From the NCBI GenBank assembly GCA_964570935.1, contig CAZMZP010000050.1:891-64890 (forward strand): a stretch of DNA of 64,000 nt. Direction: 5' to 3'. Under the pieces are notes generated by a model. That model saw only the letters and a list, made by a program, of their open reading frames with translations, ran no database searches and had not been told where the DNA came from. The position numbers and the translations under genes are program-made. Each line of letters opens with the position of its first letter. Position 1 is the stretch's first letter. Source of the DNA: an uncultured bacterium (GTDB taxonomy: Bacteria; Eisenbacteria; RBG-16-71-46; JAFGJU01). Shown here piece by piece: positions 18,816 through 27,411 of the stretch.

Positions 18816-19778
18816 CTAGCCGGACGCCCTCTGCTGCTTGAACCAGCTGAGGGTTCTCTCGAGCCCCGCTTCGAAGCTGACCTTCACCTTGAAGCCGAGC
18901 TCCGTCTCCGCCTTCTTCGTCGAGCCCTCGGAGTGCTTGACTTCGGCCGGCCGCGCTTCGTGGTAGAGCGGCGGGAGTCCGTCGCCGGTCAGCCTGGACA
19001 GGATTGCGGCAAGCTCGTTGATCGTCCGCCTGCTGCCCCTGGCCACGTTGTACACGCGGCCCTGTAACCCAGGCTTGTGGCAGGCGATCAGGTTCGCCTC
19101 CACCAGGTCCTCCACGAACGTGAAGTCCCTGCTCTGTTCGCCGTCCCCGAAAATCTCCGGCGGCAGTCCCGAAAGAAGGCGAGACATGAAAAGAGGTATT
19201 ACCGCGGCGTACTGCGAGCCTGCGTCCTGCCTCGGACCGAAAACGTTGAAGTACCTCAGGCACACGGTCTCGAGGCCGTACACGGGTGTGAAAAGCCGGC
19301 AGTACTGTTCGCCGGTCAACTTGCTCAGGGCGTACGGTGAGCGCGGGCTGGGCGCCAGGTCCTCGTGGTTGGGAAGGGCCGCGGTCTCCCCGTAGACAGA
19401 CGAGGAGCTGGCGTAGACGACCCTCCTCACACCCGCCTTCCCGGCCTGCACCAGCAGCCTCAGGGTGCCCTCGATGTTCACGCTGTTCGTCGAAAGCGGA
19501 TCCTCCACCGAGCGGAGGACGGAGCAAAGGGCCGCTTCGTGGAAGACGTACTTTATGCCGCGGAGCGCCTCCGCCAGCGCCGCGTCGTCCCTGATGTCAC
19601 CCCGCACGAGCTCCGGCCGAGTCCCGCGGCCGGCCGCAGCCGCGGCCGATTCGAGGTTCGCTTCGCGGCCGGTGGAGAAGTTGTCGATGACTCTGACCGA
19701 CAGGCCTTCCCGCAGCAGCCTCTCCACGATGTTCGAGCCTATGAAGCCGGCTCCGCCCGTGACAAGGTATTCGCTCAT
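18816..19778 (-). CDS. UDP-GlcNAc(A) C4-epimerase, TviC/WbpP family (NAD-dependent epimerase/dehydratase)
   Basis: 320 aa; GGAGFIGS Rossmann motif, IDNFSTG, YxxxK (YALSK), LRYFNVFGPRQ, GDGEQSRDFTFV; strong resemblance to TviC/WbpP. Confidence 0.85.
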   Translation of the reverse strand: MSEYLVTGGAGFIGSNIVERLLREGLSVRVIDNFSTGREANLESAAAAAGRGTRPELVRGDIRDDAALAEALRGIKYVFHEAALCSVLRSVEDPLSTNSVNIEGTLRLLVQAGKAGVRRVVYASSSSVYGETAALPNHEDLAPSPRSPYALSKLTGEQYCRLFTPVYGLETVCLRYFNVFGPRQDAGSQYAAVIPLFMSRLLSGLPPEIFGDGEQSRDFTFVEDLVEANLIACHKPGLQGRVYNVARGSRRTINELAAILSRLTGDGLPPLYHEARPAEVKHSEGSTKKAETELGFKVKVSFEAGLERTLSWFKQQRASG

Positions 19779-19812
19779 GTCCTCACGCCGTGTCCAGGGA
19801 AGCGCATTTCCG

Positions 19813-21198
19813 TCACAGCCTCCATATCTTTCCGGACCTCATGCCCTTGAGGGCGTTTCTGGAGTCAAATATCAGCTTCGCCCGGGAGGCGATCATGCCG
19901 TAGTCGAACGCGGTGTGCGCGGTGGTGATGACTACGCAGTCCGCTTTCTCCAGCAGCGTCGCAGTCAGAGGCTTCGACTTTATGTGGAAGCGCTCCGTCT
20001 TGAGCTCGTCTATGTGAGGGTCCGAATACCACACTTCCGCCCCCAGTGAGGTCAGCATCTGGTAGATGTCCAGGGCGGGAGATTCGCGGGAGTCGTCCAC
20101 GTCCGCCTTGTAGGCCACGCCCAGAAGCAGGATACGAGAGCCGTTGACGCTCTTCTTGACCGAGTTCAGCGCCTCGCTCACCTTTCCCACCACGTGGTAC
20201 GGCATGCTGCCGTTCACCTGGCCGGCTAGTTCGATGAAGCGAGCCTCGAACCCGCTCAGCTTGGCCTTCCACGACAGGTAGAAAGGGTCTATCGGGATGC
20301 AGTGCCCTCCCAGACCCGGTCCCGGATAAAACGGCATGAAACCGAAGGGCTTGCTGGACGCCGCTTGGATCACCTCCCACACGTCGATCTTCATCTTGTC
20401 GCACATGAGGGCCATTTCGTTGACCAGGCCTATGTTCACGCTTCTGAACGTGTTTTCGAGCAGCTTCACCATCTCCGCCACCCTGGTGGACGACACCGGT
20501 ACCACGGTCGAGAGAGTGGCCTTGTAGACTTCGGCCGCTACCCGGGTGCAGCTCTCGGTGACGCCGCCGACGACTTTAGGTATGTTGCTCGTCGTGAAGC
20601 TCCTGTTGCCGGGGTCCACTCTCTCTGGAGAGAAGCCCAGGAAAAAGTCTCTCCCGACCGTCAGTCCCGTCTCCTCCAGCATCGGGAGAATCAGCTCGTC
20701 TGTCGTGCCCGGATACGTCGTGCTCTCCAGCAGCACGAGCTGACCGGGATGCAGGTACTTCGCGATTTCACCGGCCGCGCTGACTATGCTGGAAACGTCC
20801 GGGTCGCGCGTCTTCCTGAGAGGAGTGGGAACACAGATGCTGACGCAGTCGGTATCCTGTAAAACCGAAAAATCCGTCGTCGCCGACAACCGGCCCGACC
20901 CGACCTCCCGCTTGAGCTCCGCCGCCGGAACGTCCTGTATGTAGGACTTGCCGGCGTTGACTCTGCCGACCTTTCCGGCGTCAGTGTCTATGCCTGTCAC
21001 CCTGAAGCCGGCCTTCGCGAACTCGACCGCCAGAGGCAGTCCGACGTATCCGAGGCCTATGACGGCCATGCGGGCCTTCTTCTGCACAACCTTCGTCCTG
21101 AGGCCATCGAACGTGCGTTCCTCCGGCGGAACGGCCTTAGGGTTTCTTGCCACCCTTTTCATCGTCCCTTTCCTTGTACCCGTAGTAATGGTAGTCAT
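19813..21198 (-). CDS. UDP-N-acetyl-D-glucosamine 6-dehydrogenase, TviB/WbpO family
   Basis: IGLGYVGLPLAVEF NAD-binding motif, catalytic GGHC, FFLGFSPERVDPGN; start uncertain (an ATG at 21069 would remove the overlap with the upstream gene). Confidence 0.85.
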   Translation of the reverse strand: MTTITTGTRKGTMKRVARNPKAVPPEERTFDGLRTKVVQKKARMAVIGLGYVGLPLAVEFAKAGFRVTGIDTDAGKVGRVNAGKSYIQDVPAAELKREVGSGRLSATTDFSVLQDTDCVSICVPTPLRKTRDPDVSSIVSAAGEIAKYLHPGQLVLLESTTYPGTTDELILPMLEETGLTVGRDFFLGFSPERVDPGNRSFTTSNIPKVVGGVTESCTRVAAEVYKATLSTVVPVSSTRVAEMVKLLENTFRSVNIGLVNEMALMCDKMKIDVWEVIQAASSKPFGFMPFYPGPGLGGHCIPIDPFYLSWKAKLSGFEARFIELAGQVNGSMPYHVVGKVSEALNSVKKSVNGSRILLLGVAYKADVDDSRESPALDIYQMLTSLGAEVWYSDPHIDELKTERFHIKSKPLTATLLEKADCVVITTAHTAFDYGMIASRAKLIFDSRNALKGMRSGKIWRL

Positions 21199-21907
21199 AG
21201 TAATAAGGAAGCACCTCCTCCACGTTGTTTATGACCGCCCCGAGCAGGTTCGCGCCGCCCTCACTGAGCAGCTCTCCCGCCCTGGCCACCACCTCCACCG
21301 GTGTCTTTCCCGCCATGACCACCAGTAGCACTCCGTCGCAGTTCGCGGATATGAAGAAAGCGTCGGCCACCGGCAGCACCGGGGCCGAATCTATTATCAC
21401 AAGGTCGAAGTTCGCCCTGAGCTCGGCCACGGTTGCCTTGAACGTGGACGACTCGAACAGCGCTGTGGGAACGCCTATCACTCGTCCGCTGGTGATCAAT
21501 TTCAGATTCGGCAGCTCCGTGCTCTTTATGACCGAGCTCAGAGGCACCAGTGTCCCGAGCACGTCGGACATTCCAGTGCGCTGGCTCACGCCGAACACCT
21601 CGTGCAGTCTCGGCCTTCTCAAGTCGCAGTCCACCACAATTACCTTCTTGTCCGAGTGGGCCGCCGCGCTCTGGGCCAGAAAAGCGGACGTAGTCGTCTT
21701 GCCCTCGCCTCTTCTGGCGCTGGTCACCAGCACCACGCTCAGCTTCTTCTGCGCGTTGAGCCGCGTCAGCTTCGAGTAGAGGCGGTGGAACTCCGTGGCC
21801 ACCGGTGAGTCGCCGTCGAGCTCGCTCATCGGAAGCCTGCCCACGCTTCTGACTCCCGGACGCGGGCGGGGTCGATCAGTGTCGTTCAAGATTTCCAGCT
21901 TCCTCAT
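21137..21907 (-). CDS. polysaccharide tyrosine autokinase, cytoplasmic ATPase component of a split BY-kinase (CapB-like)
   Basis: Start MRKLEILN at 21907 (ATGA overlap with upstream stop); Walker A ARRGEGKTT; C-terminal tyrosine cluster YYYDYHYYGY. Confidence 0.8.
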   Translation of the reverse strand: MRKLEILNDTDRPRPRPGVRSVGRLPMSELDGDSPVATEFHRLYSKLTRLNAQKKLSVVLVTSARRGEGKTTTSAFLAQSAAAHSDKKVIVVDCDLRRPRLHEVFGVSQRTGMSDVLGTLVPLSSVIKSTELPNLKLITSGRVIGVPTALFESSTFKATVAELRANFDLVIIDSAPVLPVADAFFISANCDGVLLVVMAGKTPVEVVARAGELLSEGGANLLGAVINNVEEVLPYYYDYHYYGYKERDDEKGGKKP

Positions 21908-23559
21908 TGCGTCGTGGCCGTCCCTTCGCTCCGGCCGGTCACGCCGGCCGCTTCGATACCCTGGTCGGCCCTGCCGGTGGCGCTCATGATGGGCCCGTGA
22001 GCCAGATGCGCAGTGACGGCGATCAGCACCGCCGCCAGCAGGGAGACGTATGGCCACTTTCTCCTTTGTACGGGATGCCAGAACTCGCTGCCCGGCATCC
22101 TGGGTATGGTCCCCAGCACCGGCAGCCCGAGCCCCTTCGACAGGTGGTCCACCGACCTCACGGTGTTGTCCATGTACTCCGCCAGAACCGCGAATGAAAG
22201 CCCCAGAAAAGGCCCCAGTATGAAAGCCAACAGCAGTATCCTCTGCTTTCTCGGACCGGCCGGTCCGAACGGCCTCGCCGGCGGCTCTATGATCTCTATT
22301 CTGACGCCCAGGTTCGTCGACTGCGCCGCCTCGGAAATCTGCGCTGACGTCATCTGCGACCTGAGAGACTGAAGCACGTTCCTGTTCTCGGCGACCTCCT
22401 CCTCCAGCCTCGCCAGTTCCACCTCGTCCTGCGGTCTGCTCACCAGCGAACGCCCGTAGCTGGAGACCTGACCGGACAGTGCGGTCCTTCTCGCCTTCAA
22501 CGAATTCGCGACGTGCTCGTCGTACACTACCTCCGTGACCAGCGACTGGAGTGCGGCGGGCGAACCAGTCAGAGTCGTGGCCGCGACTTCCTCTATTCTG
22601 GCAAGCAAAGCATCACGTGACTGCCCGATTCTGTCCTTCGCCGCCGTCGTGGACCCCGCCTCCACGAGCGCCGGCGCAGCCAACTCCTCTTCCCTGACGA
22701 GCTGAGAATACGCCGACCTTATCGAATTGCTCCTGACCAGAGTCGTGGGGTCGATCTCGTTCGGGTAGTTTCTCCTGATGTTATCCCTGGCCGCGGCGGC
22801 CCTTGATGACAGGGCACCTGCCTCCTGGTCCGCCTCCCTGATAAGGCTCCTGCCCCTCTCGATGCTCCTGTCGTAACCACCCCCGTCGCTCGCGGCCATG
22901 CGGGTCTTCACGCGCTTCAACTGTGACTCGCTGTCCCTCAGTTTCTGCTCGTAGGCCGGGAGCTGGTCCTGGCTGAACGAGCCGGCGGCCCGTATGTCAA
23001 CCAGCTGGCCCTTCGTCACGAACTCGACGAAGGACTTCGTGATGCCGTCCGCGAGCAGATAGACCATGTCGCGGTCCGGATGCGTGAAAGTTATCTTGAA
23101 TAGGTCGGGGTCGGTCTCCTCGACCTTTATGTTCTTTCTCAGCCTCTCGGCTATGATTCGCGCTTTCAGCTCTTCGGCGCTCGCTCCACCGGCGTTCGTC
23201 GCTTCCAGCTTGCGCGCCGCCTTCCCCGTCAAGTCAAGGTCCAGCTTGCGGGCCACCTCCTGCAGGAAAACCCTCCCCTTCAACCTCGCCTCGATCTGTC
23301 CCAGCCTCTCATCGTCCCTCGTCCTGTACTCCGGCTTCTGGACCATCATCTTTTCCATGTCGCCGGCAAACGGCATCTTCTGCTCGTAAAGCACCACGCT
23401 GGTGGCCTCGTACTGGGAAGGCACGAAACTGAGAGCCACGACTGCCGCGCACGGCACGATGACGACCGGCAGCAGGACGAGCTCCGCCCTCCTCTTCACT
23501 GCTCTGAGGTACCGCAGGGCTTCCGCCCCTGGTGATGATGCTTCGTACGAACCGGGCAT
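21904..23559 (-). CDS. polysaccharide chain-length determinant / co-polymerase (Wzz/PCP family), membrane activator half of the split BY-kinase
   Basis: 551 aa; two TM segments flanking a long coiled-coil periplasmic region; translationally coupled to the CapB-like ATPase. Confidence 0.75.
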   Translation of the reverse strand: MPGSYEASSPGAEALRYLRAVKRRAELVLLPVVIVPCAAVVALSFVPSQYEATSVVLYEQKMPFAGDMEKMMVQKPEYRTRDDERLGQIEARLKGRVFLQEVARKLDLDLTGKAARKLEATNAGGASAEELKARIIAERLRKNIKVEETDPDLFKITFTHPDRDMVYLLADGITKSFVEFVTKGQLVDIRAAGSFSQDQLPAYEQKLRDSESQLKRVKTRMAASDGGGYDRSIERGRSLIREADQEAGALSSRAAAARDNIRRNYPNEIDPTTLVRSNSIRSAYSQLVREEELAAPALVEAGSTTAAKDRIGQSRDALLARIEEVAATTLTGSPAALQSLVTEVVYDEHVANSLKARRTALSGQVSSYGRSLVSRPQDEVELARLEEEVAENRNVLQSLRSQMTSAQISEAAQSTNLGVRIEIIEPPARPFGPAGPRKQRILLLAFILGPFLGLSFAVLAEYMDNTVRSVDHLSKGLGLPVLGTIPRMPGSEFWHPVQRRKWPYVSLLAAVLIAVTAHLAHGPIMSATGRADQGIEAAGVTGRSEGTATTQ

Positions 23560-23598
23560 GATGTCCTTTCGCGAGCTGCGCCGGACAGCCGTCCGGGC

Positions 23599-24714
23599 CT
23601 ACTCCAACAGCTCTTCGCACACGTCGTGCGTGCTGCCGCAGGCAGGCCGGGCTGCGCGCGCCTCTTCCGTGGCCCGCCGTCCGGCGCCCACGACCCTGTT
23701 CCTGCCGGCCCTCTTTGCGCTGAACAGCGCGCCGTCCGCCGACTCCAGCAGAGCTCCGATGGTCTTGCCGTCTTCGGGATAGGTCGCGGCGCCTATGCTG
23801 CAGCTTATCTCGCCGCAACGCACCTCGGGGAAAATCTGAGTGACCACCGCAGACCGGATCCTCTCCGCAAGCACGAGGGCCCCTTCCTTCGGCGTCTGCG
23901 GCAGTATTATCAGAAACTCGTCTCCCCCGTACTTGGCCACGGTGTCGATGCTTCTTGCCGTCACCTTGATGACGGCCGCCAGCTGCTTCAACACCGTGCT
24001 GCCCTTGAGATGTCCAAACTTGTCATTATAATCTTTCAGGTGGTCCACGTCCAGCATTAGAACGGAGAAGAACTGGCGGAACCGCGACGCCCTGTCCAGC
24101 TCCTTGTGCAGAGCGTCCTTGAGGAACCGAAAATTGAACACCTGCGTGAGCTCGTCGGTGACGGCCTGTTCCTGCACCTGCGCGTACAGCTTGGCGCTTT
24201 CGATCGCCATTGCGGTCTGATTGGCCAGCACGCTCAGAACGCCCAGTTCGGCTTCGCTGAACGTGGCGGTGCCCAGCTTGTTCACCGCTATCAGGACTCC
24301 CAGCACATTCTCCCGCGCCTTCAGCGGCGCGCAGATGCAGCCGCCGGTGCTGGGTGCTCGCGGCCCCTCGAGCTCCGGCCTCGGCTCGTCCGACACCCGG
24401 GGTATCAGGACGGCCTTACCCTCCATCATCACCCACCACGCAATGCCCCTCTCCCCGGTGCGCTCGTAGCGCTCCATCGGCGCTTCCGCCCCGTCCGCCC
24501 TTCTCCGCTTCGCGTACTTCACGACGACCCCGTTTTCCAAGGTGATCAGGAAGACCGCTTCGGCCCCCAGCACCTCCAGGGCGCAGGAAAGCACCTTGGA
24601 AAAGGTCATTCTCCTGTCCAAGCCGGCAGTAATCAGACCCGTGATTTCCACCAGGGTGTTAAGGAATTTTTCTTCACGAAGCACAGAACTCATCCTTCGT
24701 GCCCCTAACCGCAT
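23599..24714 (-). CDS. GAF domain diguanylate cyclase (GGDEF)
   Basis: 371 aa; N-terminal GAF; intact GGDEF (KYGGDEFLIIL) with RxxD I-site (RSID) 5 residues upstream. Confidence 0.85.
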   Translation of the reverse strand: MRLGARRMSSVLREEKFLNTLVEITGLITAGLDRRMTFSKVLSCALEVLGAEAVFLITLENGVVVKYAKRRRADGAEAPMERYERTGERGIAWWVMMEGKAVLIPRVSDEPRPELEGPRAPSTGGCICAPLKARENVLGVLIAVNKLGTATFSEAELGVLSVLANQTAMAIESAKLYAQVQEQAVTDELTQVFNFRFLKDALHKELDRASRFRQFFSVLMLDVDHLKDYNDKFGHLKGSTVLKQLAAVIKVTARSIDTVAKYGGDEFLIILPQTPKEGALVLAERIRSAVVTQIFPEVRCGEISCSIGAATYPEDGKTIGALLESADGALFSAKRAGRNRVVGAGRRATEEARAARPACGSTHDVCEELLE

Positions 24715-24769
24715 GAAAATGCACCGTTCCGCACTGAACCGACGTTGAGAAAAGCAAGTTCTATGCCAG

Positions 24770-25099
24770 TTACTCTGGAGAGGACTTCGTGAGGATTTCC
24801 CGTAAGAGGGGTCGCACCACCCTGAGCAGAACGACCAGGATTACGGCGACCATGGCGGCCGGCACAAACCACAGGTCGCCGAGGTCAATGTGTCCGACGC
24901 GTAGCATCCCGAAGAACTTGAACAGGGCGTATACCAGCGCCACCACCAGCACAACCGCAAGACCCAGCGAGACGCTCTTGCTGGCTGTCTGAGCCCTGCG
25001 GCGGCGGGACTCCGCCAACCCGGGCCACGCGGCTGCACCCCCCGTCCCGCGGCGAGCCGACGGCCTGGGAAAGTTGCGGCGCCTGTCCTCCAGTCTCAT
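24770..25099 (-). CDS. hypothetical small membrane protein (two TM helices)
   Basis: ORF only; start uncertain (an internal Met would give about 45 aa); co-directional between the M28 peptidase and the cyclase. Confidence 0.3.
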   Translation of the reverse strand: MRLEDRRRNFPRPSARRGTGGAAAWPGLAESRRRRAQTASKSVSLGLAVVLVVALVYALFKFFGMLRVGHIDLGDLWFVPAAMVAVILVVLLRVVRPLLREILTKSSPE

Positions 25100-25114
25100 G
25101 TCACACTCCGCGCG

Positions 25115-27307
25115 TCAGCGCACAACGGCGAACCTGCCCAGACTCACTTTTTCGCTTCCGCCGTCGTACACCCGGAGCCGGTACGCGTAAACTCCGGCAG
25201 CCAGCCCCGCGTCCGACGTGATCGCGACCAGGTCTATCTCGTTGTCGCCGCCCGTTTCCAGCGCCACGACCCCGCACGACCCGTCCCTGCAACCCCCTAC
25301 TCGTCTCCCGGCCAAATCGTACAGGTCCAGCCGTATGCCGCCGGCTTCCTTCGTCAGGAAGAACCTCAGTTTCCCTCCGGCGCCGCCGGGTCTCATCGGG
25401 TTCGGAAACACAAACGAGTACCGCACGGACAGAGACGTCGAGGCCACGACCAGCCTCGTCCATGCCTTGTTGTTCGACAGGTTGGTCTCTCCGGCTCCCG
25501 CGTCCACCACGATGTAGATGGCGTGCTCGCCCACGTCACTTTCCCCCAGCAGCCAGTAAAACGGCTCCACCACCGGGCTCGCCCCCGACGGGACCTCCCC
25601 CTCCATCAACCGCTCTCCCACCAGTGCGCCGCCGGCGGCCGGGTCGCCGTCATACACCCGGACGTAGACTGAAAGGGACTCCGCGGCAGAGCCGCCCACG
25701 TTATGGAAGCTGGGCACTATCGTCAGCACTTGTCCGCTTACCGCCCTCTTGACCGGCAGGGCCGAGCCCTCGACTCTGAATTCGAGGTCGCCGGACTGCA
25801 CTTCCAGATCCCACGGGTCGCTCGTCGCGGCGAAATAAGCCAGGCTGGCCGCGCCCACCGAAGCGACCTTCGTGCACAGGTCGAAGTCCAACTTGTCTTC
25901 CGTGTCGTATATCGTGTGATAGTACGGGTACAGAGGCGGCAGAGAGGAGTGTTCAAAGAAGTGGACGGCGTCGTATCCTTTCACCCAGAACGACGAGTGG
26001 TCGCTCGCGTCGTGCACGCCGTCTATCGTCACCAATCCGACGCGCAACCCGATGCTGTCGTACAGAGCCTCCGACACCGCTGCCACGTGGTCCGACAGCC
26101 ATGCCGACGAGTTGTTCGTGCGGAGGAAAGTGCTGTCGGCCGAGCCACGGAACCCGTGCATGTCGAAGTTCAGCACGCCTATGATGTTGGACCCAAGAGT
26201 GTCGTTCTGCCCGGCGTAGGCCTTACTCCCGTACAGGCCCTGTTCTTCCGCGCAGAACAGCACGTACTCTATGTCGAAATCGAACTCGAGGCCGCTGAGC
26301 GCCCTGGCGCATTCCAGCACGCTGGCTATCCCGGTGCCGTTGTCGTCCGCGCCCGGCGCCGGGTCAATGTCTCCGCGCCAGTACTGGCCCGGCTCCGAGT
26401 AGGTCGTCCTGTTGCCGGTGTCATCGTAGTGCGCGCATACGACGAACTTCCCGCTGCCCGGCATCTTCCCTGGAACAAGTCCCACCACGTTGTACAGTAG
26501 GGTGTCCACACCGAAGATCCGGACGGGGAACCCGTGAAGGGAATCTTTTCCCCCTCCTCCCATCGCAGTCTTCAGCCTCTCGCGGAGCATGTGCGGAATC
26601 CATGCCGCTTCGCGCCGGAACGTGTAGCGGCTTCTGAGCTCGCTCGTGGAGTCGTCCACGCTTACCCAGTGCACGATCGCCCTCACGGAGTCGGCGCTCA
26701 CTGTGCCCGCCGCCTGCCTCATTAACTCCAGCTTCTCGGACGAGATCGCGGACCGGCCGGCCGCTCGCGCCGCCAGGGTCGCGGGTATTCTCTGCAACAG
26801 AAGCGCACGCGATTCCACTCTCTCAGGCAGCGGCACCATCGAGAACACGAACCGCGCCAGGCGCTCCTCCTGACCCTCGCGCATCCCCAGCAGGTACACC
26901 CCCTCCTGCCGCAGCCGCGTGAGCCTGCCGCACCCGGCGATCGAATCCAGTGCCGCCCCCGCGCTCGGCACCACCAGCCACTGTCCTACGCCCGGCTCCA
27001 GAGTGTCCACCACGTCGAGACCCGGAAAGCGCGCCCGCAGCTGCGGCAAGACCGATTCCGGCACCTGAACTATGGCCGAGCCGCCGTGGGAGTACCTGAC
27101 CGCGCCGCCAAAGGCGGCCACGCTCTCAAGGCCGGCCTCGTCCCGCCACTCGACCATCACCAGCAGCCCCGGCCGTCCGCCGTCCGCTCCCGCCGCCGCT
27201 GCGACCCAGGCCGCCGCGAGCACGGCCGCGACGCAGAACGAACGCCACAGCGCGCTGCGCCCCGGCGCTCGCATCGAGGGACTGACGCTCATCGTGGACC
27301 CATCCAT
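25115..27307 (-). CDS. secreted M28 family metallopeptidase with C-terminal sorting-type beta-sandwich domain
   Basis: 730 aa; signal peptide; M28 motifs (HYDDTG..., LFCAEEQGLYGSKAY); C-terminal about 90 aa (..AGVYAYRLRVYDGGSEKVSLGRFAVVR) resembles a FlgD-Ig/T9SS-type C-terminal sorting domain. Confidence 0.8.
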   Translation of the reverse strand: MDGSTMSVSPSMRAPGRSALWRSFCVAAVLAAAWVAAAAGADGGRPGLLVMVEWRDEAGLESVAAFGGAVRYSHGGSAIVQVPESVLPQLRARFPGLDVVDTLEPGVGQWLVVPSAGAALDSIAGCGRLTRLRQEGVYLLGMREGQEERLARFVFSMVPLPERVESRALLLQRIPATLAARAAGRSAISSEKLELMRQAAGTVSADSVRAIVHWVSVDDSTSELRSRYTFRREAAWIPHMLRERLKTAMGGGGKDSLHGFPVRIFGVDTLLYNVVGLVPGKMPGSGKFVVCAHYDDTGNRTTYSEPGQYWRGDIDPAPGADDNGTGIASVLECARALSGLEFDFDIEYVLFCAEEQGLYGSKAYAGQNDTLGSNIIGVLNFDMHGFRGSADSTFLRTNNSSAWLSDHVAAVSEALYDSIGLRVGLVTIDGVHDASDHSSFWVKGYDAVHFFEHSSLPPLYPYYHTIYDTEDKLDFDLCTKVASVGAASLAYFAATSDPWDLEVQSGDLEFRVEGSALPVKRAVSGQVLTIVPSFHNVGGSAAESLSVYVRVYDGDPAAGGALVGERLMEGEVPSGASPVVEPFYWLLGESDVGEHAIYIVVDAGAGETNLSNNKAWTRLVVASTSLSVRYSFVFPNPMRPGGAGGKLRFFLTKEAGGIRLDLYDLAGRRVGGCRDGSCGVVALETGGDNEIDLVAITSDAGLAAGVYAYRLRVYDGGSEKVSLGRFAVVR

Positions 27308-27312
27308 TCATA

Positions 27313-27389
27313 TGGCGCGCCCGAAAGGACTCGAACCTTCGGCCTGCAGATCCGGAGTCTGCCGCTCTATCCAACTGAGCTACGGGCGC
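27313..27389 (-). tRNA. tRNA-Arg (anticodon CCG)
   Basis: Reverse complement GCGCCCGTAGCTCAGTTGGATAGAGCGGCAGACTCCGGATCTGCAGGCCGAAGGTTCGAGTCCTTTCGGGCGCGCCA; cloverleaf with CCG anticodon loop and encoded CCA; near-identical to E. coli tRNA-Arg(CCG) acceptor and D arms. Confidence 0.9.
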
Positions 27390-27411
27390 GCCTATTGTCT
27401 TGAGATCCGCC

